Shown here piece by piece: positions 26,645 through 37,551 of a stretch of 64,000 nucleotides of DNA. The stretch lies in contig CAYYOV010000002.1 in assembly GCA_964473365.1 (NCBI GenBank), forward strand, positions 97,576 to 161,575. Reading direction: 5' to 3'. The position numbers were made by a program, and so were the translations under genes. Position 1 is the first letter of the stretch. Each line of letters opens with the position of its first letter. Below the pieces are notes generated by a model, which searched no databases, was not told the DNA's origin, and saw only the letters and a program-made list of their open reading frames with translations. This DNA is from an uncultured Ignavibacteriaceae bacterium (GTDB lineage: Bacteria > Bacteroidota > Ignavibacteria > UBA10030).

Positions 26645-29017
26645 TCATGGAAGATTTCGGTAGCGGTCTGCGCCGGCGGTTCGGCCGGTATTCGTCAGGA
26701 TTTCAACTGTTCGCGTGCGAGCGTCCTGTGGCAAGGCCATCCACGCACGGTCAGCCATGTCGAGAGCCTCTTCGGGAAGGCCGATGCGCTCATAGACGCG
26801 CGAGATATCCAGCAGTCGTATAGCCCGAGCCTCAGGGGCCGATGTTTTGGGAAGAAGCCCGGAAAGCGAATCGATCGCCACGAATCCACGGACAACGGGA
26901 TTCTCCGGGTCGATAGCTCTGAGGGTGGCCAAACAACTTCGGGCGGCGACGCTGTCTCCTGCTTGATATCGATAATGCATGTTCCAGAGCAACGACTCAA
27001 AATGCCGGGGATCGGCCTCCAGGGCGGAGTCGCTGAATGCGATCGCCTGTTCGCCATATCCAAGGTCCCAGGCCATGCGACTCGCCTGGAAGAACCAGTG
27101 TGCCCGGTCAGCACCGACGCCGCCACCGGCGGCGGCGTTCAGGGCCTGAGCAAGCGACAGCAGTACGCGGCCGGGCGGGGTGTACGAAGTGGACCGCGGA
27201 GTCGAGAACAACCGTTGCTGCGCGGCGACAGCCTCTTCGAGCGAACCTCCGAGGGCCGCTGCAACGACACGTTGATAGGCGACCTCCACATTGACGGGAT
27301 CGATGCCGTTGGCCATCGCCAGAAGGGAATCCGCAACATGGAACCGGCCGCGGTGGATCGCCGTTCGGGCGTCATGAACGAGGCTGAGGACTCCCTCCAG
27401 CGGATCGGGCGCCGTGTGTCGCTCCGATAATCCCTCTCGAGCACGATTTCGAACGCGATAGGCTGTGAGCCATCCGGCCGCAGCGATCGTGTCGAACCTG
27501 AATCGATGCGATTCAGCAAGTTGGATCTCGTGCGACCGTATACCCGACCGAACTTGCTGGACCAATAGTACGTGTACGTCGAACTCACGAAGCATCGACT
27601 CGAACATCGGCAGCGGCACGGCCCGGTTGACTTCGAGTACGCTCCGGCCCCGGACGAACGGAACGATCTCCTTCGACGCACTGGCGATCACAATGCCGGG
27701 TTCGGTGACTGACATGAGCGCATCGCCCGCCAACTGCCACGGAGTGGCGTAATAGCCTGTCGCATGGAATGGTGCGCCTCCCTCTCGATGCGCTTCGACG
27801 GCGTTTCGGTACTGGACGTTCGACCCGAGAAGCTCGGCCACGGCAGACGCATTGAGGATCACGAGTAGAGATGTGGCAACCGCGGCGAACGCCGCTCCTC
27901 CCTTCGGAAGGGCCGCCACAAGTCGCGAAACGCCCATTGCCACCCAGATCAGGAGGAACGGGATGGCGGGGAGGAAGAAGCGAATATCCTGCAACGGATA
28001 CAGGAGGATGATCCCTGCATAGAAGCAGAAAAACAAGATGCGGATTAGCGCCGTTTGGGATGTGCGAATGTCGCTCCAGATACCTGCGGCAACGAGCGGA
28101 AGGAAGATCAGGGCCGTCCAACCTTTCACGAGATTCAGGAGGGACACCATACCGACGAAGATATCGGTCGGATTGCGGATCAAGTTGAGGGGAAAGGGCA
28201 CCAGAGCCATGCCGCTCAGCTCGAACTGGTACGACCGAATGTTGATGACAAAGCGCTGCAACCATTCCTGCCAGATCGGTGCGGATGACGGCGTGACGAA
28301 ATGTTCGAAGATGAACTGAATGTTCGTGGATTGAGATGATTCTGGGACGCCGACGATCACCATGTTCCGGAGTGTCCACAGTCCGACTGCAGCGATCATC
28401 GCTACGGCAAGCGTTACGGCGAAACGATAGTGACGTCGGACAACAGCATCGATCACGAATGCAGCGACGACGGCCACACTGATCTCCCGGAGGAGCGGCA
28501 TGAGGGCCAGCGCTGCGACGACCAGGACGGTCTCAGCGACGGTCCACAGACGCTGGGTCGCCCGTTCACGCATCCATAATGCGAAGAATACGAGCATGAA
28601 GAAGGGGGCTTCGGACAGCGCCTCTGTGAAGATCACGAGGGTGAGCGGCGTAATGGCGAAGAGCCACACAACGATGTGTGCTGTTCGGACCGGAAGCCAG
28701 GTGCGGAGCCAGAGCAGGAAAAGCGCGAGTGCGGTCAGCCCGTAGAGGAGGGTCATCGTCTTTGCAGCCAGAAGTGAACCACCTGCGATCCACTGTGTTG
28801 GGATGATCCAGACCGGATACAACGGCGCGTTGACGACGTAGGCCTCAGGGACCGGTTGTGTTGCATCGACCCACCCAAGCCCACGACTGAGGCTCTCGGC
28901 CCAGATAAGATAGCGCGTGGAATCCGTGTAGAGCGAAAGGTCGTTCATCCGCGTCCAGCCGGCCAGCGCGAACAGCGACAGAACGAGGATGAGTGAAAGG
29001 CGTTCGCTTCGGGTCAT
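26645..29017 (-). CDS. Polytopic ArnT/PMT-like (GT39/GT83-type) glycosyltransferase fused to C-terminal TPR-like repeats
   Basis: 790 aa. The N-terminal ~400 aa have 10 or more hydrophobic segments in the pattern of dolichyl/undecaprenyl-phosphate-sugar transferases. The C-terminal ~300 aa are helical repeats ([43 protein letters not shown]). Its ATG overlaps the stop of the upstream UDG gene (ATGA). Confidence 0.6.
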   Translation of the reverse strand: MTRSERLSLILVLSLFALAGWTRMNDLSLYTDSTRYLIWAESLSRGLGWVDATQPVPEAYVVNAPLYPVWIIPTQWIAGGSLLAAKTMTLLYGLTALALFLLWLRTWLPVRTAHIVVWLFAITPLTLVIFTEALSEAPFFMLVFFALWMRERATQRLWTVAETVLVVAALALMPLLREISVAVVAAFVIDAVVRRHYRFAVTLAVAMIAAVGLWTLRNMVIVGVPESSQSTNIQFIFEHFVTPSSAPIWQEWLQRFVINIRSYQFELSGMALVPFPLNLIRNPTDIFVGMVSLLNLVKGWTALIFLPLVAAGIWSDIRTSQTALIRILFFCFYAGIILLYPLQDIRFFLPAIPFLLIWVAMGVSRLVAALPKGGAAFAAVATSLLVILNASAVAELLGSNVQYRNAVEAHREGGAPFHATGYYATPWQLAGDALMSVTEPGIVIASASKEIVPFVRGRSVLEVNRAVPLPMFESMLREFDVHVLLVQQVRSGIRSHEIQLAESHRFRFDTIAAAGWLTAYRVRNRAREGLSERHTAPDPLEGVLSLVHDARTAIHRGRFHVADSLLAMANGIDPVNVEVAYQRVVAAALGGSLEEAVAAQQRLFSTPRSTSYTPPGRVLLSLAQALNAAAGGGVGADRAHWFFQASRMAWDLGYGEQAIAFSDSALEADPRHFESLLWNMHYRYQAGDSVAARSCLATLRAIDPENPVVRGFVAIDSLSGLLPKTSAPEARAIRLLDISRVYERIGLPEEALDMADRAWMALPQDARTRTVEILTNTGRTAGADRYRNLP

Positions 29018-29721
29018 GGTCGGTCCAAAAGGGTCCTGATCCGGCGGAAGATCGCGTGGAACATCGGTCGCGTCAATCGTCCGGTGAAGGTGTTCTGCTG
29101 ACTTGGATGGTATGAGCCCAGGATCGTAAGACCGCTGGCCAGTCGCGCTTCGACTCCGTGCCCAAACGGTGGGACATGCAGCGGGGCATTCGTAGAATGC
29201 TTCCCCGAACCCACGGAAGCTGCAACGTTGCCCGCGTCATACCCGATCTTGCCCAGCCCCAAGATCACACGGACCCTTCGCAAATGCTCCATCTCCCATT
29301 CGAGGAAGGGGCGGCATGCGGCCAGTTCGTCAGGTGTTGGCTTGTTATCAGGAGGGGCGCAACGACAGGTGGCAGTGATGAAACAATCGGTGAGCGTGAG
29401 CCCGTCCGCACGATCGGTCGACGTTGGCTGACTTGCGAACCCGAACCGATGGAGTGCCTCCGTCAGCCAGTCCCCGCTCCGGTCGCCGGTGAACATGCGG
29501 CCAGTACGGTTGGCGCCGTGTGCCGCGGGCGCCAGGCCGATGATCAACAATCGGGCTTTCGTATCTCCGAATCCGGGGACCGGTCGGCCCCAGTATGCGT
29601 CTGAGCTGAACCTGCGGACCTTCACGGCTGCGACGTGCTCGCGCCACGAGACCAATCGTACGCACCGACGGCAGGATGTGATGGCGGCGTTGTGTCGCCG
29701 CCAGGAAGGGGAAGAGGTCAC
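29014..29721 (-). CDS. Uracil-DNA glycosylase superfamily protein, family 4/5 type (GLAPA motif suggests family 5, UdgB-like)
   Basis: 235 aa. Motif A is [23 protein letters not shown] and motif B is [10 protein letters not shown]. Cys residues (CRRC..., CFITATCRC) are consistent with the Fe-S cluster of family 4/5 UDGs. Its GTG start overlaps the stop of the hydrolase gene (GTGA). Confidence 0.7.
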   Translation of the reverse strand: MTSSPSWRRHNAAITSCRRCVRLVSWREHVAAVKVRRFSSDAYWGRPVPGFGDTKARLLIIGLAPAAHGANRTGRMFTGDRSGDWLTEALHRFGFASQPTSTDRADGLTLTDCFITATCRCAPPDNKPTPDELAACRPFLEWEMEHLRRVRVILGLGKIGYDAGNVAASVGSGKHSTNAPLHVPPFGHGVEARLASGLTILGSYHPSQQNTFTGRLTRPMFHAIFRRIRTLLDRP

Positions 29722-30539
29722 ACCTGTTTCAAGAAGCCAACGATGGCCTGGTTGAACTCAGACTCGTTCTCGATGTTCGAGAGATGGCCCGCCCCGGCAA
29801 TGACTGTCAGGTGCGAACCCGGGATCGCCTTATGCATCGCTTCAGAAGCGGCCGGCGGAGTCAGCGTGTCATGCTCTCCGACAAGGATGAGGGTGGGCAC
29901 CGAGATCTTGCTGAGCGATGCCGTGGTGTCGGTGCGGGCTGCAAGGGCCACCAGGGTTCCGGCGATTCCCAGTTGCGTATTCCCCCGGATGAGCGACTTG
30001 ACAAACTCCACGGCTTGCGGTTGGCCGGCAAGGTTCTGCGGCGCGAAGACGGCCTTCACGAAGCTCTCTGCGAATGCGGGAACGCCCTCGCGCTTCACCG
30101 CCATGATCGATGCCGATCGCTTGATCTTTGCCTCGTTCGGGTCGGCTTCACTGCGCGTATCAGCGAGGATGAGGGCACGCACCCGTTCGGGAAATCGTTC
30201 GATGGCCCGCAGGGCCACATACCCTCCCATCGACAGTCCGCACAGTACGGCCTTGTCGATCACCAGATGGTCGAGCAACGCCATAAGGTCGTCGACGAGG
30301 AACTCGATCGTGTACTGGCCGTCGGCCACCTGGCTTTCGCCATGTCCGCGCAGGTCGTAGCTGATCGCGCGGATGCCGTGGGGGAGGGCCCGCATCTGGG
30401 CATCCCACATGCGGTGGCTGAATGGGAAGCCGTGAATGAACACCACGGGGAGCCCGGCAGGGGTGCCGCGCTCCACATAATTGATCGTGACACCACTCGG
30501 CAAGTAGACCTTCATCGTGACCTCCGATCCAATGACCAT
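29718..30539 (-). CDS. Alpha/beta-fold hydrolase
   Basis: 273 aa. Motifs: [14 protein letters not shown], the nucleophile elbow GLSMGG, and a C-terminal GAGHLSNIE (His). Confidence 0.8.
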   Translation of the reverse strand: MVIGSEVTMKVYLPSGVTINYVERGTPAGLPVVFIHGFPFSHRMWDAQMRALPHGIRAISYDLRGHGESQVADGQYTIEFLVDDLMALLDHLVIDKAVLCGLSMGGYVALRAIERFPERVRALILADTRSEADPNEAKIKRSASIMAVKREGVPAFAESFVKAVFAPQNLAGQPQAVEFVKSLIRGNTQLGIAGTLVALAARTDTTASLSKISVPTLILVGEHDTLTPPAASEAMHKAIPGSHLTVIAGAGHLSNIENESEFNQAIVGFLKQV

Positions 30540-30631
30540 TGGTGCTGATGATCAGCCATCGCAACGATCGGCCGTGGCCAGCTTCGGCGAACTGGTCCCG
30601 GGCGAGTATTGAACGGAGACCGTAGGGTCGC

Positions 30632-31924
30632 CTAGGCCTTCCGCTGTTCGATGTCCACCCACGAGCGCAAGACGTGGCCAGTGTAGATCTGGCGGGGTCG
30701 GGCGATCTTCTGCTCGGCATCCTGCACATGCTCGTTCCATTGAGCCAACCATCCGGCCGTTCTCGGAATGGCGAACAGCACCGGGAAGAAATCTGTCGGG
30801 AAGCCCATTGCCTGGTAGATCAAGCCCGAGTAGAAGTCCACGTTCGGATAGAGCTTCCGTTTCACAAAGTAGTCGTCCTGCAGTGCGATCCGCTCAAGCT
30901 CGAGCGCAATATCCAGCTTCGGATTCCTGCCCGTGACGGCGAAGACCTCGTCGGCCAGCCGCTTGATGACGCGCGCCCGCGGATCGTAGTTCTTGTAGAT
31001 GCGATGGCCAAAGCCCATGAGCCGGCCTTTTCCGTCCTTGACGGACTTGATGAACGCAGGGATCTTGTCGACCGATCCGATCTCATCGAGCATGCGCAAT
31101 ACCGCCTCATTCGCACCGCCATGGAGCGGACCCCATAACGCCGCTGCAGCAGCGGCGGTCGCCGAATACGGATCGACGTGCGACGAACCTACACCCCGCA
31201 TGGCGTTGGCGCTGCAATTCTGCTCATGATCGACGTGTAGAATAAAGAGGACGGTGAGGGCCCGCTCGAGGGCGGGATGGATCTGATACGGAGCATCACC
31301 GACCTTGAACATCATATGCAGAAAATTGCCCGCATAGGTAAATTCGTTCGAAGGATAGATGTACGGCATTCCCTTCGAATGGCGGTACGCAAACGCGGCG
31401 ATCGTGGGGACCTTGGCGATGAGGCGATAGATCTGCTTCATCCGGTTTTCGGGGTCGGAGATCTGGCCAGCTTCCGGGTAGAACGTCGAAAGAGCCGCGA
31501 TCGTGCTGATGAACATCCCCATCGGATGCGCGTCATATCGGAATCCGCGCATAAGGTGTTTGATGTTCTCGTGCACAAAGGTGTGGTGGCGAATGTTGCT
31601 CCGCCACTGGGCCCGCTGGGGCTCCGTCGGAAGGTCGCCACGGATGAGGAGGTAGGCCACTTCCAGGAACGATGTTGAATGTTCGGCCAGCTCTTCGATC
31701 GGATAGCCGCGATGGCGCAGGATGCCCTTGTCGCCGTCGATGAATGTGATGGCGCTCTTGACGGAGGCCGTGTTCATGTACGCGGGGTCGTACGACATCA
31801 ACCCGAAATCTTCTTCACTCGCCTTGATCTGTCGGAGGTCGGTCGCTCGGATCGTCCCGTTCTCGATCGGGATCTCGTAAGACTTGCCGGTTCGATTATC
31901 GGTCAGCGTCAACGTTTGAGGCAT
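30632..31924 (-). CDS. gltA: Citrate synthase (type II)
   Basis: Hallmark strings are present: GYPIEELAE, GPLHGGANE, GFGHRIYKNYDPRA and NVDFYSGLIY. Preferred start is ATG 31924 (GGAG 7 nt upstream); the track ORF extends to 31951. Confidence 0.92.
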   Translation of the reverse strand: MPQTLTLTDNRTGKSYEIPIENGTIRATDLRQIKASEEDFGLMSYDPAYMNTASVKSAITFIDGDKGILRHRGYPIEELAEHSTSFLEVAYLLIRGDLPTEPQRAQWRSNIRHHTFVHENIKHLMRGFRYDAHPMGMFISTIAALSTFYPEAGQISDPENRMKQIYRLIAKVPTIAAFAYRHSKGMPYIYPSNEFTYAGNFLHMMFKVGDAPYQIHPALERALTVLFILHVDHEQNCSANAMRGVGSSHVDPYSATAAAAAALWGPLHGGANEAVLRMLDEIGSVDKIPAFIKSVKDGKGRLMGFGHRIYKNYDPRARVIKRLADEVFAVTGRNPKLDIALELERIALQDDYFVKRKLYPNVDFYSGLIYQAMGFPTDFFPVLFAIPRTAGWLAQWNEHVQDAEQKIARPRQIYTGHVLRSWVDIEQRKA

Positions 31925-32118
31925 CACACATCTCCAGGTGGTGTCGTGCAAGCGCGGGAAAACGGTTCACCACAATGTAGGTGAAATTTTCCCTGAACCG
32001 CCACGGATTCCGGCAGCGGAAGGCGTGGTCTCCGGCCGTCGGTAATCCGCATCGTGCTTGATGGACAGGGGCTTTTTGCGCATATTCAATGGTCAACTGA
32101 ACATTTCACGGAACCCAA

Positions 32119-32583
32119 ATGTCCATTCTCACGATCCTGTTGGCCGGTCTGCTGACCCTTCCATCAGCCGGCACGCTCACGAAAGAAAAGAAATACGGCA
32201 AAGCCGTCACGGTCAAGGAGGTCACCCCGATCTCTGCGATCCAGGCCGATCCGGCCGCATATCATGGAAAGACGGTCCGCGTCGAAGGAGTCGTCGTAGA
32301 GGTCTGCGCGAAGAGGGGTTGCTGGATCAAGGTCGGTGGTACCCAGGATGGCGAAAGCATCACCTTCAAGGTTGAAGACGGCGTCATCGTCTTCCCGATG
32401 GAGGCCAAAGGCCAGAAGGCGATCGTTCAAGGTGTGGTGAACGCTACTGTCACCTCGGTCGAGGATCAGATCAAGCAGGGAGAGCACCAAGCTCAGGAAC
32501 AAGGGACGCCCTTCGACCCAGCGAGTGTCAAAGGTCCAAAGACGGTCATCCGGATCGACGGCGAAGGGGCTGTGATCCGATAA
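32119..32583 (+). CDS. DUF4920-family periplasmic protein
   Basis: 154 aa with a signal peptide. Characteristic strings: GKTVRVEGVVVEVCAKRGCWIKV ... ITFKVEDGVIVFPMEAKGQKAIVQGVV. Confidence 0.65.
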   Translation: MSILTILLAGLLTLPSAGTLTKEKKYGKAVTVKEVTPISAIQADPAAYHGKTVRVEGVVVEVCAKRGCWIKVGGTQDGESITFKVEDGVIVFPMEAKGQKAIVQGVVNATVTSVEDQIKQGEHQAQEQGTPFDPASVKGPKTVIRIDGEGAVIR

Positions 32584-33143
32584 TGCGGTGGTCTTGGCGG
32601 CGCCTGACGATCGCGACGCATCGTGACCTTGGGTACGCCCTGGTCGCGTTGGTGATAGTGTACAGCGTATCCGGGATCGCTGTCAATCATATAGAGCACT
32701 GGAACCCGAACTATCGGCGTTCGACGGAACGCCGGATCATCGAGCCGCTCGCCGATCTGCCGCGTGAAGCACAGGTCGGGCGGGCGGCTGCATTATTGGG
32801 GATCGAACCGGCCGCTGTCAAGAATTCCTACCGGCCTGACCCCGAGACCCTTCAACTCTTCGTCGAGGCATCCACGTACTCCGTCGACCTGCCCACCGGC
32901 AAAGTGGTCGTCGACGCGACGCGACGTCGTCCCGTCCTCTTCGAGTTCAATCAGCTGCATCTGAATACGATCCGGGGCATCTGGACGTATGTTGCCGATG
33001 CGTTCGCCCTCGCCCTGATCGTCCTCGCCGTGACCGGTCTCTTTATCGTGAAGGGTGAGCGCGGACCCCTCCGCCGTGGCAAATGGTTCCTCATGGCGGG
33101 TCTCGCCATACCGGCTCTCTTTTGGGTCCTCACCTTGATGTGA
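32583..33143 (+). CDS. PepSY-associated TM helix-like membrane protein
   Basis: 186 aa. The N-terminus RRLTIATHRDLGYALVALVIVYSVSGIAVNH and a C-terminal TM pair are typical of the PepSY_TM family. The start is adjacent to the previous stop (TAATG). Confidence 0.5.
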   Translation: MRWSWRRLTIATHRDLGYALVALVIVYSVSGIAVNHIEHWNPNYRRSTERRIIEPLADLPREAQVGRAAALLGIEPAAVKNSYRPDPETLQLFVEASTYSVDLPTGKVVVDATRRRPVLFEFNQLHLNTIRGIWTYVADAFALALIVLAVTGLFIVKGERGPLRRGKWFLMAGLAIPALFWVLTLM

Positions 33144-33168
33144 TCGCTCTCGTCGTGGGACGTGGCGA

Positions 33169-33771
33169 TCAGCGTGACCTCCGGTCAGCACCGGGCCTTC
33201 CAACGACCGCTTCCAACTCTCGCCGCTCCTGCTGCGTGACCTCTCTCCATTCGCCCGGCTCCAGACCTTCAAGCGTCAGAAACAGGATCCCCACGCGAAC
33301 AAGGCGCAGGGTGGGATGACCGACTGCCGCTGTCATGCGTCGTACCTGCCGGTTCTTTCCTTCGGAAAGCACCAGCTCGATCCAGCTGGTCGGCACATTC
33401 TTGCGGAATCGGATCGGCACCGCGCGTTCGGGGAGAACGGGCGGAGGTTCCAACGCCCGGACCTTCGCCGGCTTCGTCCGTGTCCCGCCGATCGACACCC
33501 CGCTTGCGAGCTGTGCCAACGAGGCAGTCGACGGGATCCGTTCAACCTGGGCCCAGTACGTACGCTCATGTCCGAATTTCGGTTCGGTCAGCCGGTGCTG
33601 GAGGTTGGGGTCGTTCGTCAGGAGGAGAAGTCCTTCGCTGTCGGCATCGAGCCGACCGACGGGATAGACGTCATGTGGAAATGGCCCAAAGTCAGCGAGC
33701 GTCTGATGACTGCCTTCGCGGCTGAACTGAGAAAGCACGCCGTACGGTTTGTAGAAGAGAATGGAGGTCAT
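33169..33771 (-). CDS. rluE: 23S rRNA pseudouridine synthase, RluE-like (RsuA/RluE family)
   Basis: Collinear with my recollection of E. coli RluE: ILFYKPYGVLSQF, the catalytic motif VGRLDADSEGLLLLTND, TSWIELVLSEGKNRQVRRMTAAVGHPTLRLVR, and GEWRE. Preferred start is ATG 33771; the track ORF starts at 33801. Confidence 0.85.
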   Translation of the reverse strand: MTSILFYKPYGVLSQFSREGSHQTLADFGPFPHDVYPVGRLDADSEGLLLLTNDPNLQHRLTEPKFGHERTYWAQVERIPSTASLAQLASGVSIGGTRTKPAKVRALEPPPVLPERAVPIRFRKNVPTSWIELVLSEGKNRQVRRMTAAVGHPTLRLVRVGILFLTLEGLEPGEWREVTQQERRELEAVVGRPGADRRSR

Positions 33772-33901
33772 GGGTGGATCGTCACGCGTCCGGAGGCACA
33801 ATATAACGGTCGCATTGCGACAATCAACGTCCCCGTCCGACGGGATGTGATCATCTCGTCAACGAAGCGTCGCGGTGCGCCCTTCTGTGCATCATGCCAA
33901 C

Positions 33902-33926
33902 AAAAAACCCCCGGTCATCCCGGGGG
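33902..33926 (-). terminator. Intrinsic terminator of clpC
   Basis: On the minus strand: CCCCCGG-GATGA-CCGGGGG followed by TTTTTT. On the plus strand this is AAAAAA at 33902..33907 with stems at 33908..33914 and 33920..33926. It lies 24 nt past the clpC stop. Confidence 0.85.
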
Positions 33927-33949
33927 TTCGTTGCGAGTATCGATCAGAC

Positions 33950-36469
33950 TTAGTTACTGTCGGCGATCTGCTCGCCTTCTTCCTTCATCTCATCGCCCTT
34001 GTCTTTCGACGATTCGACGAAGTCGAGTCCGTCCTTCTTCCGGTTCAGCTTCACTTTCACTCTACTGCCGTTCTGGAAGACTCCTTTGAGGATGTCCTCA
34101 GCGATCGGATCCTCGACGTACTTCTGCACGGCTCGCCGCAGTGGCCGCGCGCCGAAGGCAGGGTCGAAGCCCTTGTCGGCCAGGAATTCCTTCGCCCCCT
34201 TGGTCATCTCGATCGTGATGCCCATCGAGGTCATACGGCCGAACAACTCGCGGGCGGCGATGTCGATGATCTGGTGGAGGTGCTGACGCTCGAGCGAATG
34301 GAAGACGATCGTGTCGTCGACGCGGTTCAGGAACTCAGGGTTGAAGACCCGCTTGAGCGCGTCTTCGATGCTTCCCTTCATCGCCGCATACTTGTCCTTC
34401 TCAGTCCCTTGTGAGAAACCGATTCCGCCTCCGACCTTGATGTCCCGTGACCCAATGTTCGAGGTCATGATCAGGATGGTGTTCTTGAAGTCGACGCGTC
34501 GACCGAGGCTGTCCGTCAGGATGCCATCGTCCAGCACCTGGAGGAGGATGTTGAAGACGTCCGGATGTGCCTTCTCGATCTCGTCGAGCAGGACCACAGA
34601 ATACGGTTTTCGGCGGACCTTCTCGGTCAACTGCCCGCCTTCCTCGTAGCCGACATAGCCCGGAGGAGCCCCCACGAGACGCGACACGGAGAACTTCTCC
34701 ATGTACTCGCTCATGTCGATCCGGATGAGAGCCTCTTCGGAGTCGAACAGGTAGCGGGCCAGGGCCTTCGCGAGTTCGGTCTTGCCGACCCCGGTGGGGC
34801 CGAGGAAAATGAATGATCCGATCGGACGCTTGGGATCCTTGAGGCCGGCCCGAGCACGGCGGATGGCCTTCGTCAGCTTCTGCAACGCTTCATCCTGGCC
34901 GACGACCTGGCCCTTGAGCGCCTCTTCCATTTGCAACAGCTTGTTCGACTCGCTCTGGGCGACCTTCTGGACCGGGATGCTGGTCATCATGGCCACGACG
35001 GCGGCGCAATCCTCGTCCGACACGTCGTACACCGTGTCCTGGGCCTTCAGCTCCCATTCCCGCTTGGCGATCTCAAGGTCGCTGAGCAACTTCTTCTCGA
35101 GGTCGCGCAATCGGGCGGCCTCTTCAAAATTCTGCGTCTTGACCACCTGGTTCTTGGATTGCCGGATCTTCTCGACCTCTTCTTCGAGTGACACGACCTC
35201 CTTAGGGACCTTGATGTTGGCCAGGTGAACGCGCGATCCCGCCTCGTCGAGTACATCGATGGCCTTGTCCGGCAAGTAGCGGTCGGTGATGTACCGGTCG
35301 CTCAGCCGGACTGCGGCTTCGAGAGCTTGTGGTGTATAGCGGACCCCGTGGTGCTCTTCGTATTTCGACTTGATGTTGATGAGGATCTGAATCGTCTCGT
35401 CAACAGTCGTCGGATCGACCATGATCTTCTGGAAACGCCGGTCGAGGGCGCCGTCCTTTTCGATGAACTGCCGGTATTCGTCGAGCGTCGTAGCGCCGAT
35501 GCACTGCAGGTCACCTCTGGCGAGGGCCGGCTTGAACATGTTCGAGGCGTCAAGGGAGCCGCTGGCGCCACCAGCACCGACGATCGTGTGGAGCTCGTCG
35601 ATGAATAGGATGACGTCCTTGGCCTTCTCGAGCTCGTTCATCACCGCCTTCATCCGTTCCTCAAACTGCCCACGGTACTTGGTTCCGGCGACGAGAGCAG
35701 CCAGGTCGAGCGTAACGACCCGCTTCTCATGCAGGACCCGTGAAACCTTCTTCTGGACGATACGAAGCGCAAGCCCTTCGGCGATCGCCGACTTGCCGAC
35801 CCCAGGTTCTCCGATGAGGACCGGATTGTTCTTCTTGCGACGAGCCAGTACCTGGGCGACCCGCTCGATCTCCTTTTCACGACCCACGATGGGGTCGAGC
35901 TTGTCCTCGAGCGCAAGTTTCGTCAGATCGCGCCCAAAATTGTCCAGAACGGGCGTTTTGGACCGCTCGGCCTTCGGTTTCTCCTGTCCTGCTGGGGCCT
36001 TTTCGCCCGGGGCGGGAGGGGGTGTGCTTGGCTTCCCGGAGATGATGTTGTCGAGCTCGTTCCGCACGACGTCGTAGTGGACGTTGAATTGGTGCAGGAT
36101 CTGAGCCGCGATATTGTCGTCGTCACGGAGCAATGAAAGGAGGAGGTGCTCCGTCCCGATCACGTCAGACTTGTAGAGCTTGGCCTCTAGATACGTGATC
36201 TTGAGGACCTTTTCGGCCTGCTTGGTGAGGGGGATATTGCCGATCGTCAGCGTGCCGCCCGAGGTCCGGACAGTGTCCTCGATCGCTTTCTTCAGCTTGT
36301 ACAGGTCGACGCCCAAGTTCCTAAGGATCTTGACGGCGATCCCTTCTCCCTCGCGGATGATGCCCAACAGCAGGTGCTCGGTTCCGATGTAGTCATGGCC
36401 CAGCCGGAGAGCTTCCTCACGGCTCAGCCTGATCACATCTTGTACTCGGTTCGAGAAATTGCCTTCCAT
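33950..36469 (-). CDS. clpC: ATP-dependent Clp protease ATP-binding subunit ClpC (class I AAA+ with Clp_N and UVR motif)
   Basis: Clp_N repeats ([26 protein letters not shown]; [23 protein letters not shown]). Two Walker A motifs ([10 protein letters not shown]; [14 protein letters not shown]). A UVR-like linker ([14 protein letters not shown]). Preferred start is ATG 36469 (AAGGA 6 nt upstream); the track start 36487 is a TTG. Confidence 0.92.
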   Translation of the reverse strand: MEGNFSNRVQDVIRLSREEALRLGHDYIGTEHLLLGIIREGEGIAVKILRNLGVDLYKLKKAIEDTVRTSGGTLTIGNIPLTKQAEKVLKITYLEAKLYKSDVIGTEHLLLSLLRDDDNIAAQILHQFNVHYDVVRNELDNIISGKPSTPPPAPGEKAPAGQEKPKAERSKTPVLDNFGRDLTKLALEDKLDPIVGREKEIERVAQVLARRKKNNPVLIGEPGVGKSAIAEGLALRIVQKKVSRVLHEKRVVTLDLAALVAGTKYRGQFEERMKAVMNELEKAKDVILFIDELHTIVGAGGASGSLDASNMFKPALARGDLQCIGATTLDEYRQFIEKDGALDRRFQKIMVDPTTVDETIQILINIKSKYEEHHGVRYTPQALEAAVRLSDRYITDRYLPDKAIDVLDEAGSRVHLANIKVPKEVVSLEEEVEKIRQSKNQVVKTQNFEEAARLRDLEKKLLSDLEIAKREWELKAQDTVYDVSDEDCAAVVAMMTSIPVQKVAQSESNKLLQMEEALKGQVVGQDEALQKLTKAIRRARAGLKDPKRPIGSFIFLGPTGVGKTELAKALARYLFDSEEALIRIDMSEYMEKFSVSRLVGAPPGYVGYEEGGQLTEKVRRKPYSVVLLDEIEKAHPDVFNILLQVLDDGILTDSLGRRVDFKNTILIMTSNIGSRDIKVGGGIGFSQGTEKDKYAAMKGSIEDALKRVFNPEFLNRVDDTIVFHSLERQHLHQIIDIAARELFGRMTSMGITIEMTKGAKEFLADKGFDPAFGARPLRRAVQKYVEDPIAEDILKGVFQNGSRVKVKLNRKKDGLDFVESSKDKGDEMKEEGEQIADSN

Positions 36470-36490
36470 GTCTATCCTTAAAGTCAAAAT

Positions 36491-36553
36491 GGAACCTTGT
36501 CGCTGTCAGACCCGTCTCTCCGGTATTCAACACCCGCCGCGACACAAGGTTCC
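36491..36553 (-). promoter_or_regulatory. 5'-terminal stem-loop of the predicted clpC transcript
   Basis: Perfect 10-bp inverted repeat GGAACCTTGT (36491..36500) / ACAAGGTTCC (36544..36553). It is extendable by CGC/GCG across a 2-nt bulge. The predicted TSS (7 nt past the -10) falls on the first G of the outer arm. Confidence 0.5.
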
Positions 36554-36558
36554 ACGTC

Positions 36559-36587
36559 AATATACCATGAATTGGAGGGGCTGTCAA
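36559..36587 (-). promoter_or_regulatory. Candidate sigma70-type promoter (TTGACA-N17-TATATT) for clpC
   Basis: On the minus strand: TTGACA (36587..36582), a 17-nt spacer, then TATATT (36564..36559). Confidence 0.55.
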
Positions 36588-36643
36588 CAAGACGCACGGA
36601 GCGGGATTTTATTGCGTCGGCGCTGCTAACTCGTTGTGATTCT

Positions 36644-36672
36644 TTGACTTTCGTTCCATTTTGCTCTACTTT
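36644..36672 (+). promoter_or_regulatory. Candidate sigma70-type promoter (TTGACT-N17-TACTTT) for uppS-bamA operon
   Basis: TTGACT at 36644..36649, a 17-nt spacer, then TACTTT at 36667..36672. It lies ~45 nt upstream of the GTG at 36718. Confidence 0.4.
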
Positions 36673-36717
36673 TAACTTCTCTGTCCCTCTTCCAACGAGT
36701 CGCAGGAGCTTCTTTTC

Positions 36718-37551
36718 GTGCCTTTACCGATCGCCACAGGCCAGGACCGCAAACGCCAGGAGCGCCTCAAAGAGGCCCCGGGCGGTGTGCCGTCTCACAT
36801 CGCCATCATCATGGATGGGAATGGTCGTTGGGCCAAGCGCCGGGGCCTTCCACGGATCGCCGGACACAACGAAGGCGTCAACTCCGTGCGCGACATTGTC
36901 GAGGCCTGTGGACAACTCGGCGTCCAATACCTGACGCTGTATGCGTTCTCAACGGAGAACTGGAAGCGTCCGCAGGATGAAGTGTCGCTCTTGATGCGCC
37001 TGCTTCTCCGTGCATTGCGGGACGAGCGGGATCGCCTGCACCAGAATGAAGTGCGGCTCCAGGCGATCGGTGACATTGGTGCGCTCCCGCAGGACGTCCG
37101 CGACGAACTCGCAGACGCCATCGAAATGATGAAACACAACACCGGCCTGACCCTCGTCCTGGCGCTCTCCTACAGCGGACGTTGGGACCTCGCCGGTGCC
37201 ATGCGGAGGATTGCTCAGGACGTCAAGGCGGGCGTCATAGCGCCGGAACGCGTCGACGAACAGCTCGTGGGTCAGTACCTCTCGACGCGCGATCTGCCGG
37301 ATCCTGACCTTCTTATCCGCACAAGCTCGGAACGCCGGATCAGCAACTTTCTGCTGTGGGAGCTCGCATACAGCGAAATGGTCTTTGCTGATGACTATTG
37401 GCCGGCATTCCGGCGCAAGAACCTCTACGATGCCATCGCCGACTACCAACATCGTGAACGGCGCTTCGGCATGGTCAGTGAACAAGTCCGAACGTCGGTT
37501 TCCCGTGTCCATCCCCTTCAACGTGTTCTCAACAGTGTCGCGAAGCTGTAA
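36718..37551 (+). CDS. uppS: Undecaprenyl-diphosphate synthase (isoprenyl transferase)
   Basis: Hallmark strings HIAIIMDGNGRWAKRRGLPRIAGH, LTLYAFSTENWKRP and RTSSERRISNFLLWELAYSE are present. GTG start. Confidence 0.92.
   Translation: MPLPIATGQDRKRQERLKEAPGGVPSHIAIIMDGNGRWAKRRGLPRIAGHNEGVNSVRDIVEACGQLGVQYLTLYAFSTENWKRPQDEVSLLMRLLLRALRDERDRLHQNEVRLQAIGDIGALPQDVRDELADAIEMMKHNTGLTLVLALSYSGRWDLAGAMRRIAQDVKAGVIAPERVDEQLVGQYLSTRDLPDPDLLIRTSSERRISNFLLWELAYSEMVFADDYWPAFRRKNLYDAIADYQHRERRFGMVSEQVRTSVSRVHPLQRVLNSVAKL

Noticed and set aside
36470-36500. CtsR operator or CIRCE element upstream of clpC
   Set aside because: Only one half-site-like string (AGTCAAA) is present instead of the tandem GGTCAAA-NAN-GGTCAAA. 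No TTAGCACTC-N9-GAGTGCTAA is present either. The inverted repeat is reported separately as an unknown element.
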